Source: Octopus sinensis
Lineage: Eukaryota
Length of the DNA: 21,178 bases
Direction: 5' to 3'
NCBI RefSeq assembly: GCF_006345805.1
Contig: NW_021823763.1
Location: 1 to 21,178 of the forward strand
The position numbers and the translations under genes were made by a program. Positions 1-11,274 of the stretch are shown here, piece by piece (the stretch's first letter is position 1; the number at the start of each line of letters is the position of its first letter). The notes below the pieces were generated by a model, which saw only the letters and a program-made list of their open reading frames with translations, was not told the origin of the DNA and ran no database searches.

Positions 1-77
1 CCCGTCTTTATATATATATATAATATAAATATAATGGATTACTTACTCGCAAGTTACAACCGAAAGGCACAAGAATT

Positions 78-214
78 GACGTCACTAAAGTGGCTAAAGT
101 TACTAATTAGCACCGGCATTGCTAGAAATAGCAGTCAGTGTGTAAGAGTTGTTTTGGCTATTATTTCTACTGATACTGGTGCCAGCTAGCACCCTTAGCC
201 ACTTTAGTCACGTC
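78..214. repeat. Imperfect fold-back palindrome (MITE-like)
   Basis: 78-99 GACGTCACTAAAGTGGCTAAAG matches the reverse complement of 193-214 at 20/22. Inner arms also pair (TAGAAATAG.. / ..CTATTATTTCTA) around a short loop. Confidence 0.75.
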
Positions 215-812
215 TATGCCTATATATATATATAATATATATATATATACATACATATAATATATGTATGTATGTATGTGTATATACTGCACTTTACACG
301 ATATGTAGACAGACGCACGCGCGCCTAAACACGCGCACTCACACACAGACAGACAGTACCGTCTGTCATAAGATGCGTTTAGTATGTTTGGTGTAGTAAG
401 TTAGCTGTGAGTGGGGTCGGAGAATGTACGAAGAATTCCTTCGCAGAAGATATAATTAGACCACACGACATTCCTCTTGTTAGTAGAACATTGGGTATGT
501 ATGTAGACATGCACGAGTGTGCGCGTGTGTGTGTGTGTGTGTCGGTTGTATGAGTCGGTTTGTATCTGCTTTGTTTAATGTACTTACTTGTATGACTTTT
601 TTTTTACGCGTGTGTTCAAGAAGATTTGCAATTTTGTAAATGTGACTGTATATATTTCTGTGTTATTTTGAATATTTTAGTTACTATAGTGATGCTTGGA
701 AGTACGAGTGTATCCTCATATTAGCGTGTATATGCATGTATATATATGTGTGTGAATGTGTGCGTGTATGTAGATATATATGTTAGCGTTAATAAATAAC
801 ATATATATATAT

Positions 813-1163
813 ACTCTCACTCATTTACTTGTTTCAGTCATCTGACTGTGGTCATGCTGGAGCACTGCCTTTAGTCGAGCAAATCGACCCCAGGACTTAT
901 TCTTTGTAAGCCTAGTACTTATTCTATCGGTCTCTTTTGCCGAACCGCTAAGTTTCGGGGACGTAAACACACCAGCATCGGTTGTCAAGCGATGTTGGGG
1001 GGGGGGGGCAAACACAATACACAAACATACACACATATATATACATATATACGACGCGCTTCTTTCAGTTCCCGTCTACCAAATCCACTGACAAGGCTTT
1101 GGTCGGCCAGGCTATAGTAGAAGACACTTGACCAAGGTGCCACGCATGGGACTGAACCCGGAA

Positions 1164-1167
<4 letters not shown>
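813..1167 (-). mobile_element. tRNA-derived SINE family A, copy lacking the A-box part of the head
   Basis: High identity to the full-length copy at 8834-9242. Has the B box (GGTTCAGTCCC on -), CORE-like CACCTTGGTCAAGTGTC, an internal (TA)/(TG) tract and the shared 3' module ending TGACTGAAACAAGTAAA. Confidence 0.9.
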
Positions 1168-1212
<45 letters not shown>

Positions 1213-1304
1213 ATTATATATATTATATACATATATATGTATGTATGTATGAGTGTGTGAATGTGTGCGTGTACGTGGATATATATGATAGCTTTAATAA
1301 TAAC

Positions 1305-1361
<57 letters not shown>

Positions 1362-1749
1362 CGCATACACGTACACACACACAAGCACATACGGAAGCGT
1401 GTATATATATCTCATTCAGTGTATGTTTATTTATTTCTGCTGCGAATGTTTAAGTGAGATATTGTGATTTGTATGTTTGTGTTAGTTGAAACAGCTTTTT
1501 CATGTAAAGTTTCAATTTTCGGTGATAGAGCATACACACACACGCACACACACACACACACACCACTCATACACACACACACACACTCATACACACACAC
1601 ACCACACACACACACAAGAATGCATAAACGGATGTATATTTGTATGTTTATGTACGTGTGTATGCAATATATATTTACATATTTATGTGAGTATATATAT
1701 GTGTGTATATATATATATGTGTGTATATATACATACATTCATATATATG

Positions 1750-1789
<40 letters not shown>

Positions 1790-1809
1790 TATGTATGTGT
1801 ACATACATA

Positions 1810-1858
<49 letters not shown>
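1168..1858. repeat. Compound (TA)n/(CA)n/(TATG)n microsatellite field
   Basis: Directly visible dinucleotide tracts; they generate the spurious YI/HT/CV ORFs. Confidence 0.95.
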
Positions 1859-1877
1859 TTAGGTCTCAGTCTTTGTA

Positions 1878-1950
1878 CAGTAGCCATAGTACGCAGTTTA
1901 TCGGATCCTGTTTGTCGGAACGCTAAATTACGGGACAGGAACCAACGCAA
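1878..1950 (-). mobile_element. Old diverged fragment of the SINE A 3' module
   Basis: TTTATCGGATCCTGTTTGTCGGAACGCTAAATTACGGGAC aligns by eye to TTCTATCGGTCTCTTTTGCCGAACCGCTAAGTTACGGGGAC of family A. Confidence 0.6.
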
Positions 1951-1964
1951 TGTACATATAGGAG

Positions 1965-1997
1965 CAGAGATAGAAAGAAGGAAAAGGAGAACGAGAT

Positions 1998-2028
<31 letters not shown>

Positions 2029-2329
2029 AAGAGAGAAGTGAGTGAGAAAGTGTTGAGAGAAAGAAAGACGAAATTTGAAAAAGAAACATTGAGACCAACG
2101 AAGAAATTTTGTTAAAGTTTGGATATGAAGTCCGAAAAGGAGGTTGGAGAGACTGACGGGAACGTATAATGGGAGAGAGATGCAGGCATAAGAATTAGAG
2201 AGAAAGATTATTAAATAGACGGCGTACTTGTATAAGCACACGTACCGTAATATGCATGTATATTCATATACATATAGATAGATATAAATAGATAGATAGA
2301 CAGACAGACACACAGACACACAGACAGAC

Positions 2330-2384
<55 letters not shown>

Positions 2385-2463
2385 CAGATAGATTGATAAA
2401 TAGCTAAGTAGATAGACAGGGAGATAGATTAGATAGATAGACAGACAGACAGACAGATAATAT

Positions 2464-2500
<37 letters not shown>

Positions 2501-2560
2501 AGATAGATGATAGATAGACAGATAGATAGATAAATAGATAGACAGATATATAGATAGATT
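1965..2560. repeat. (GA)n and long (GATA)n/(GACA)n microsatellite region
   Basis: Visible tandem tetranucleotides, especially 2270-2560; a similar tract recurs at ~2880-3130. Confidence 0.95.
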
Positions 2561-2911
2561 AACAATGTTGTTAGGAAGATCGATTTGCAATCATATAATT
2601 TTAGACTTGATCCCTTTGCACAGGATCAAGTCGCTGCAGGTTGTCCAATACTTAACGAGCGGAATTTGGAATCAGAGAAGAAACTCGCCGTGTGTGTGTG
2701 TGTAGTATATATATATATATAGATACACCCATGTATGTGTGAGTGAGTGTATATGTGTGTGTGTCCGGGTTTATGCTTATGTTTTGAGTAGCATTTACAT
2801 TCCATCGTTTTGCAGCGGTTTGACAAATAGAGAACGATAAAGCCTTGAGAGTACATATACATACACAGCACACACATTTAAAAAGAAAGAAAGAGAAAGC
2901 GAGAGAGTGAA

Positions 2912-2950
<39 letters not shown>

Positions 2951-4618
2951 AAAATAGATAAATAGGTAGATAGACTGAAAGCCAGCCAGCCAGCCAGACA
3001 GAGAGATAGATAGATGAATAGATAGAAGGATAGACAGACGGATAGGTAGATGGATGGAATGATGAATTAATTAGTAGATAGTTGAGATAGATCATCAAAC
3101 GAATTGATTAAAATAGATAAATACAGAGAGAGATAGAGAGGTAAACAAAGTGAGAAACAAGCAAAAAGGTGCACAGTGTGTTTAGATTGTTAGTAGTTAG
3201 GTTAGAGGATTAGGAGGCAATAATGACCTACCTCCGCATCAAATTCATAAGTCTCCGAATTATTTGTCGTACTCATTGTTGAGGTGATAGGTCACAACAA
3301 ACTTTGGTATGTGTAAAATAACCAACAGAAGAGAGAGAGAACTTCTATTGAAGAACTCCTTGATGATTGTTTATTCCACTTCGGCTTCTTGAGAAACTCA
3401 TTAAACAGATCGATTTTCGATCGATAGATAAATATACAGAAAGAGAATAAGGGAAGTAAATTCCTTGATGACAAAATACTCTTGAGGCAAAAAATTCGGA
3501 ATTCCGATTTTCAAATAGGACGTACTTGTTTATTTTAGCGTCGTTTTTTTCTTTATCTTCTGTTCTTGTTGCTTTGTAATTGCTTAGGACTTTTGATTCT
3601 AATTATAAATAATATACATATATATCTTAGGCCATCTGTCACTCAGTGTACAGTGTATGGTTTTCTATATATATATATATATTTATTTGTTTATATTTAT
3701 ACAGCATATGTCACAAAAATATATATCTTGGATGTATATATATTTTTAACTCGAACGTAGTTATGATTCTCTCTTTACTCTCGTGCATACATATATCTAT
3801 ATAAATATATATGTATATGAATTTCTATAAGTTCCTGACTGTTGCCTCTGTTAATAACCCTGCTCCTTTAGGCTGTTGTCGCTGTGGTTGTTGTTGTTGT
3901 TGTTGTTATTTAACTATTATTCCCTTGTCCGGAGCCCCGAGTGTTTGTAGTGGAGCATGGACTTGGGATGGGAACGGCCGATAAAGCAACAAGCCCTTCT
4001 CACCATCTGACTGCAACAAGCAGCCTCTGTTTCGTGCTAGGCCGTACCTAAATATGGAAGTTGCCTCTCGTCTTTCAACTAAACATATACTCAGGGACCC
4101 ATAGTTCTAAGTATGGCAGCCACTTGGTTCTACATATTTTTTTTTATACTCCCAACCTACTCACTAAGTTATGTTACTCACACATCTCCCCCTCTCTCTC
4201 TCTCTGCCCTCTCTCTTTCCTTCTTTCTATCTATATCTGTATACACACATGTTTTTTTTCTCTATTTATTTAACTGCCTCTCATACTCCCGTCATTTGCA
4301 TCTTAGCTTCAGCACACACACACTCACACACACACACTCACACACATATACACACACAAAACGATGATAATTTACATACACACAACCGTTCTTCGTCTTC
4401 TTTATCTCTCTCTCTCTCTCCCCTCACTTTTCTTTAATTTCTATTCATATTCTTCAAATATTTCTTTTGCTTCACAAGCTTCCTTTTTCTATAACATTCT
4501 CTTACATTTTCTTTTCTTCATCCTACATGTTGATACTTTTTCCATTATTCCTTGTTCATTACTTATATTCTCTCTCTCTCTTTATATATATATACACATG
4601 CATATATATATATTATAT

Positions 4619-4665
<47 letters not shown>

Positions 4666-4867
4666 GCATGTATATATAAATAATATAGGGTGAAATTAAT
4701 TAATTTAGAAATAATCATTAATTTCACCAAGTAGAGTTCGGCATGTAAAAGACCCATTCAAGGAAAGTTTAAGTAATACTAATTAATTAAGGGTTCAGCA
4801 ACGATTTGCCTCACCACATACCGAATTTAGAAATAGCAGTCAAAAAGTTTGGGCTATTCTTTCTACT

Positions 4868-4932
<65 letters not shown>

Positions 4933-5292
4933 GTGTTTGTTTTCGCTTTACACTCTTACCATCCCCTTTCTCTGACTATTTCACTCCTACCCCGTCATTA
5001 CTTCTAAACACAAAACTATTTCACTACTTTTATCTTCAAAACTTTTTCCCCCCACCTTCAACTTCACCTAATGTAATGCTTATTCTACTATCCTATCACA
5101 CTCTTTCTTTCTTTCTTTTCCACTTTTTATTTCTCCTCTCCCACTCCCTTCACTCTATATAATCTCTCACCATTCCTCCCCTTCTATACTGTATTCAAAG
5201 ACTAACTATTTCTAGTCGCCACCTCTATCCACCCTCATGACGCTGTTCTCATACCATTCATCTATTCATCCATTCAATCCTCCTTATCTTTT

Positions 5293-5345
<53 letters not shown>

Positions 5346-5731
5346 ACACACCTCTCTCTCTCTCTCTTATGCCTCTCTAATTCTGGCTCTCTATTCCTCA
5401 ATAGAGTTTTCCTTACAGCTTCTGTCTTCATCTCTCCCATCCGTCTTTAACTCCCTCCCAACCAGCAAACGTTCCTTCTCTATCATCATCTCCCTCCTAA
5501 TTCTTATCTAACCCCTACTCGTCTTATCCCTTACAAAATGTATGTTTATGGCTCCCTCTTAATTTATCTCTTATTCTTTCTCTGTCTGTCTGTTTGTCTA
5601 TAGTTATACATAATACATGTACATATCTATATACATACACACATGTGTATACATACACACACGTACACACACATACTCACATGTACATGTACTTATGTAT
5701 ATATATGTATATGTATAAAGAATATAATTAT

Positions 5732-5872
5732 TTTTCTTATTTCAGTCATTTGACTGTGGCCATGCTGGAGCATCGCCTTTAGTCGAGCAAATCGACCCCA
5801 GGACTTATTCTTTGTAAGCCTAGTACTTATTCTATCGGTCTCCGTTGCCGAACCGCTAAGTTACGGGGACGT
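5732..5872 (-). mobile_element. SINE family A, 5'-truncated (3' module only)
   Basis: Near-identical to 825-963 and 8850-8990 (CAGTCATTTGACTG..GACCCCAGGACTTATTCTTTGTAAGCC..GGGGACGT). Confidence 0.9.
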
Positions 5873-6524
5873 TTATTTATTTATATAAATGTATTTATGT
5901 GTGTCTAACAAACCTGTGTTTATGTGTTTATTCTATGTACATATGTGTGTGTGTGTAGAGAGAGAGAGAGAGAAAGAGAGAGACAGACAGATACAGAGAG
6001 AAGGCGTACTCAACTCTCTAAATCCCTCTTCCTCTCTCCCATGTATCTCATTCTCTCTTCCTCTTAGTAATCACAACTCAACCAGGCACCCACCCACTTA
6101 CCTACCCACCTACCCACCAACCCGACCACCCTCAATCAATCAACTGTCAACTAGACAAAGAGGAAGCACATGTCTTGTGAAGGGTGGAGTTGAGTGGGGG
6201 GAAATAGTGGTGTGTTTCTTTTCGAACACACCCCTACCACTTCTCTCACCACTTTCACTGTAGAAAGCAGAAGCTCTTTACTGTTTAGCAGGGAGATAGT
6301 TAGTAGCAGGAGGGTGGGGCAGAGGAGTGGAGAGTGGAAGAGAGAGAGTGAGAGATTGTATGAAGTTAAAACGAAAAAAAAGACAACTGTAAAGAAGGAA
6401 AGATAAAGCAGGAAAGAAAGGAAGAAAGAAAGAAAGAAAGAAAGAAAAGCAAAAGAAATTAAAAATACAAGAATAGAAAATGAAGACGAGCAAATGTCTG
6501 AATCCTTAATTACCATCAAAAGAC

Positions 6525-6723
6525 TGTTGATGATAATGATGACGATGATGATGATGGTGATGATGATGATGGCGATGGTGATGATGATGATGATGATGAT
6601 AATGATGATGGTGATGATGATGATGATGATGGTGGTGATGATGATGATGATGATGGCGATGGTGATGATGATAATGATGATGAGATGATGATGATGATGA
6701 TGATGATGGTGGTGATGATGATA

Positions 6724-6755
<32 letters not shown>

Positions 6756-6795
6756 GATGTTCTCGATAATGATGATGACTACGACGACGACGACA
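6525..6795. repeat. Interrupted (GAT)n trinucleotide array
   Basis: About 260 bp of GAT with GGT/GGC/AAT variant units; source of the poly-M, poly-I and poly-S ORFs. Confidence 0.95.
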
Positions 6796-7016
6796 AAGAC
6801 GATTACGTACGTATGTTGTACTCCGTACTTAAAACACGGTGTAAATACCACACAAGACATGCGAAACGTTATGCGAATATAATTGATGAGCGAAGTCTTG
6901 TATGTTATCCCAGACTGTCTGCCACCTCGCTGTATCTCACATCCAACATGTACGTACCATATTCTTACCTGTCTTTCGACAGATAATGCTGTGAATATAG
7001 TTTTGTCACTATGGGA

Positions 7017-7203
7017 CAGTACTCCGCAACAGGTAAGTCGCGGCACGTTGGTGTACCATGAGACGATGCTAGGTGTGCTGCAGTGTAACCTGAATATAAT
7101 ATTTTCCCCTATACTTTTAGCTACATTTTTAGTTTAGGTGTGCCGCCGAATTTTGAAAAGAACCTAAGTGTACCACAAGGGGGAAAATGGTTGCGGAGCA
7201 CTA
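7017..7203. mobile_element. hAT-type (Charlie-like) MITE, 187 bp
   Basis: 14-bp TIRs CAGTACTCCGCAAC (7017-7030) and GTTGCGGAGCACTA (7190-7203), 12/14. Flanking 8-mers CTATGGGA / CTGTAGGG (5/8) are consistent with an eroded 8-bp TSD. Subterminal GCGGCAC/GTGTGCCGC motifs. Confidence 0.75.
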
Positions 7204-7237
7204 CTGTAGGGTAATGCCAAGTAATGTGACATAGATA

Positions 7238-7247
7238 TACTACTACC

Positions 7248-7283
<36 letters not shown>

Positions 7284-7302
7284 CTACTACTACTACTACT
7301 AC

Positions 7303-7341
<39 letters not shown>

Positions 7342-7348
7342 TAATAAT
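7238..7348. repeat. (CTA)n/(CCA)n followed by (ATA)n trinucleotide tract
   Basis: Directly visible. Confidence 0.95.
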
Positions 7349-7415
7349 TTGTTTGACCGTAACCAGTTGAGCATGTCCGTTAGTGACATGAGTATTTATA
7401 TATAAATACACACAC

Positions 7416-7683
7416 CATAAAATTTCCGGCTGCAGTAAGAACTACATAGGTTCAACCAGAATGTCCCTAAGACGTAGATCCACCTTACACATAACAAATC
7501 TACCATTCCTGATACCGTCAAATATTACTCACTGGTCACATAGACAAATGTGCTAAGGAGCACCAACCACAATAATCCCATTATACCAATGTACGGAAAG
7601 GACCTCAACTCAACAATGACAAAATAAAGAGGCTACATTTATTGAAAAATACAAATCAGAACTTAAGATGAGTGGACTTAACA
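7416..7683 (+). pseudogene. Penelope-like element GIY-YIG endonuclease fragment (frameshifted)
   Basis: Manual translation across frameshifts: GCSKNYIGSTRMSLRRRSTLH / QIYHS*YRQILLTGHIDKCAKEHQPQ / IIPLYQCTERTSTQQ*QNKEAT / FIEKYKSELK. The CxxC-YIG-T..L..R..H and KE..FI.KY..LN pattern is typical of PLE endonucleases. Confidence 0.8.
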
Positions 7684-8040
7684 AAAAAAAAAAAAACAAC
7701 CCGAAAAAATAGGAAAAAGATTTATATTCTCTTAACTAAGAAATATCATATCCACTAATTATCCCTTTTGCTAAAAAACATTATATTCAATGATTATCCC
7801 CCTTGAGCTATACTCTCCTGTATAACCGCAAAACTGTATCATACCTGCTTCTACGTAAGATTAACTCAAAAACTTATGATTTCATAACACTGAGTCATAA
7901 TTAGCGAAGCGAAACCAGTCGACGCTGTACATATTGTAATGGATTAAATAATCTTTATTTACACAAAATAGATTTCTGTGCTTTTTCACCATAGATCTTA
8001 TTTTATATATATTTATTTATTCATTATTTAAAAATATTTG

Positions 8041-8149
8041 TACATGTTTCAGTCATTTGACTGCGGTCATACTGGTTTTAGTCGAAGAAATCGACCCTAT
8101 GACTTAGTCTTTGCAAGCCTAGTACTTATTCTATCGGTCTCTTTTGCCG
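8041..8149 (-). mobile_element. SINE family A, short 3' fragment with a small internal deletion
   Basis: Matches the family A 3' module but lacks about 9 nt (AGCACCGCC region). Confidence 0.85.
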
Positions 8150-8791
8150 CTATATGCATATCGTGTGTGTGTATACTTTCATACAAACATACATACATAC
8201 ATACATATACACGTGTATGTGTGTATTCAATTAAGTTTACCGATAATTAACCTTGGATTGTATGGTGAATGCTTGATTACATTGAGATAATTTACGAATA
8301 CAAATCGTATAAGCTAATTTCTTTTTTATACTCTCACGTATACTTTTAATAATATCATCAAGCTCCGCTTCGTTTAATACTAAACACGTTTAAAATATTT
8401 GTTTCAAATAATCACATCAAACTGGCGCATGGTTTCAATTGAAGCTTCCATAATCAGGAAATTGCTACGCAATTTTCTCAAGAAATAAATTTTAGCAGTC
8501 TTTTGTTCTTCTGCTTCTATCTTTTCTTTTTTTTATTTTTATGTTTCTGTTTTGTTAATTGCGGAAGCAAGTAGTTTGTATTCAAAGCAGCTACGGTAAG
8601 ATAACAGAGTGATAATCTAAGACACTGAGTAGAGTCAGGATTAGAATCAGGCTGAAGAATTGCAAGAATTTAGAAGCGAAATTTAACGTTGCAGTCATTT
8701 ATTTGGAGCCAAGGAATTAGCAGTCAAATTTCCCTCGAATTACAACTTTTATTTTCTACTTGTTTCATACTCTACCTTCAAGGGTTTAGTT

Positions 8792-8833
8792 CCGGGGTTC
8801 TCAACCGGAGTCCACATGGCCATTGGGGGTTCA
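8792..8833. mobile_element. Isolated hAT-type terminus, interrupted by the SINE A copy
   Basis: CCGGGGTTCTCAACCGGAGTCCACATGGCC resembles the CAGGGGTTCTCAAC Charlie-type TIR. No partner TIR was found. Confidence 0.45.
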
Positions 8834-9242
8834 TACTCTCTCTACTCTTTTACTTGTTTCAGTCATGTGACTGCGGCCATGCTGGAGCACCGCCTTTAGT
8901 CGAGCAAATCGACCCCAGGACTTATTCTTTGTAAGCCCAGTACTTATTCTATCGGTCTCTTTTGCCAAACCGCTAAGTGACGGGGACGTAAACACACCAG
9001 CATCGGTTGTCAAGCAATGCTAGGGGGACAAACACAGACACACGAATACACACACACATATATATACATATATATGTACGACAGGCTTCTTTCAGTTTCC
9101 GTCTACCAAATCCACTCACAAGGCATTGGTCGGCCTGGGACTATAGCAGAAGACATTTGCCCTAGATGCCGCGCAGTGGGACTGAACCCGGAACCATGTG
9201 GTTGGTAAGCAAGCTACTTACCACACAGCCACTCCTGCGCCT
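8834..9242 (-). mobile_element. Full-length tRNA-derived CORE-like SINE (family A)
   Basis: Minus-strand head AGGCGCAGGAGTGGCTGTGTGGTAAG with A box (9221-9231) and B box GGTTCAGTCCC (9178-9188). A CORE-like segment follows, then an internal microsatellite (~9030-9080), the 3' module and an (AGAGT)-like tail. Confidence 0.9.
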
Positions 9243-9483
9243 ATATGATTTTCTTGTTAAAATTGCTTAAACTTCTACAATATACAAAATATATTTTTTT
9301 TAAATACAATTCCTAATAATATTTAATTATAAAAATGCAATAGGATGTTTTTTAATGCGAATCAAAATGGCTACGGAGGTCCAGCAGAGTAAATTAAGGA
9401 TCAAAAGGTTTTAGAGGCAAAAAATCGTTGAGGAAAACTGGTTTGGTTGAACAAATCTACCTCAGCGCACATTTTTTAAACTT

Positions 9484-9552
9484 TGGTATTTATTTTATCG
9501 GTCGCTTTTGCCGAAACCGCAAAGTTACATGGACGCAATCAAACCAACACCT
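9484..9552 (-). mobile_element. Old diverged fragment of the SINE A 3' module
   Basis: TTTTATCGGTCGCTTTTGCCGAAACCGCAAAGTTACATGGACG aligns to family A. Confidence 0.65.
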
Positions 9553-10096
9553 AGTGTAAGTAAATATAACTCCTCGCCTTCCAATAGTAAGATTCACTTT
9601 CAACCGGATTCCCGATCCCATCCATACACCGAATTTTATCTGCTGTTAGGACATAGAGATTTCAGTAGGACCTTTTTAAGGGCACAGTTAGAAGAAGAAG
9701 GATCAGAAGGAATCATGGTCATCAACTTTGCCATCATTATCCTCCTCATCTTCCTCCTCCTCCTTATTATTATCATCACTATCATCATCGTTAATCAGAT
9801 TTTATCTGTATAAGCCGCGCTCAACACGTTCTTTTTCTTTCTTTCTTTCTTTATTTATTTCCCGTTTGTGCGTCACCCTTTCATACATTAAGGTGCGATT
9901 AATTTGAAAGAAATTCAACTGTTATTTCTAGCAAATCGAGTGAGCACATAAAAGTCTACAGATTTGTTTTAAAAGAAGCTGACAGAAACCCAAGCAGGGC
10001 AATCTGCAGTCTTTGAAGATTTATTTCTCATCAACAATACTTCGTTTCTCATAGCAACGGTTATATTATATTACTTTCGAAGACAAGAGTAAAACC

Positions 10097-10163
<67 letters not shown>
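10097..10163. repeat. Perfect (TAG)n microsatellite, about 22 units
   Basis: Directly visible. Confidence 0.97.
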
Positions 10164-10487
10164 CTGGTGTATATATGAGCAATAACATTCCTAGCCCCCT
10201 CCTATTCAAATAGCGCGTGTTGCTCGTCATACTATCGTATTCATTCTTCTCCATTTCTCGCTTCTTTGCCCACCCTTATTATTTACCCCCGTGCCCCCTA
10301 ACCCTTGCAGATAGATTTCAATTGTAAAGTATCACATACCGGGTAAGATTCAGTACTGACGACAATAACGAGCAGCGAATTCTTTTACACTGTTGCACCA
10401 GCCACGAGAGGTTGCTCGCTTGCCACGTGCCATCGCCAGACACCGACAAATCATTTTTGTTATTTATATATACACGCAATATACACA

Positions 10488-10714
10488 TACCTATTTCTTT
10501 ACTACCCACAAGGGGGTATACACAGAGGGGGACAAACAAGGACAGACAAAGGGATTAAGTCGATTGCATCGACCCCAGTGCGAAACTGGTACTTTAATTA
10601 TCGACCCCGAAAGGATGAAAGGCAAAGTTGACCTCGGCGGAATTTGAACTCAAAACGTAACGGCAGACGTAATACAGCTACGCATTTCGCCCGACGTGCT
10701 AACGTTTCTGCCAG
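10488..10714 (-). mobile_element. tRNA-derived SINE family B (subtype 1)
   Basis: Reverse complement closely matches 16930-17150: TGGCAGAA A-box-like, GAGTTCAAATTCC B box, GCCTTTCATCCTTTCGGGGTCGATAA body, GTGGGTAGTAAAGAAATAGG end. Confidence 0.9.
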
Positions 10715-10773
10715 ACCACACACATATATATATATATACATACATGCATTTATATGTATGTATGTATGTATGT

Positions 10774-11083
10774 GCGGATGCGCATTGGCCCAGTGGTTAG
10801 TGTAGCGGCCTCGCGGTCGGAGGATCGCGGTTTCGATTCCCAGACCGGGCGTTGTGTGTGTTTATTCAGCGATAGCACCTAAAGCTCCACGAAGCTCCGG
10901 CAGGGGATGGTGGCGACCCCTGTTGTACACTTTTGCCCCAACTTTCTCTCACTTTTTCTTCCTGTTTCTTGGATAACGCTGCGATCGACTAGCGTCCGGT
11001 GCAGCTGGGGGGAACACATACGCCACAGAAACCTGGAAACCTGGCCCATGAGCCTGGAAAGGCTTGATAAGGGCGACGTTTAT

Positions 11084-11088
<5 letters not shown>
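10774..11088 (+). mobile_element. tRNA-derived SINE family C (single copy in window)
   Basis: A box TGGCCCAGTGG (10786-10796) and B box GGTTTCGATTCCC (10829-10841) at tRNA-like spacing, then ~250 bp of non-tRNA body ending in a T-rich tail. There is no closing acceptor stem, so it is not a tRNA gene. Confidence 0.8.
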
Positions 11089-11133
<45 letters not shown>

Positions 11134-11274
11134 TATATATATGCGTATGTATGTCCATGTATGTACACACGAGTCACGAGTAAGCACATAAATGCAAAAC
11201 AGTTAGGAAAAAATAGTACCCGAATACTAAAAGTAGAGCAATATGTAACTTTTAAAGTCAAAGAATTTTCACAA

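Noticed and set aside
3225-3530. Unique island with a faint PKIHK/RPIV-like Penelope RT echo
   Set aside because: It requires several frameshifts and the downstream motifs are not recoverable.
3900-4060. Possible decayed RTE LINE 3' end on the minus strand (LARNR.., CCATGCTCCACT, (CAA)n tail)
   Set aside because: The similarity is too short and degenerate to support by eye; it needs an HMM or RepeatMasker search.
8568-8601. 28-nt candidate exon before an ACG|GTAAGA donor
   Set aside because: The acceptor (GCGGAAG) is poor and several alternative AGs exist; there is no independent support.
813-9242. Recurrent near-identical segments as a possible CRISPR array
   Set aside because: They are dispersed, long (100-400 bp) and have tRNA-like heads, so they are SINE copies rather than repeat-spacer units.
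10774-10850. Possible tRNA gene
   Set aside because: A and B boxes are present but the acceptor and anticodon stems do not close, and the sequence continues into a SINE body.
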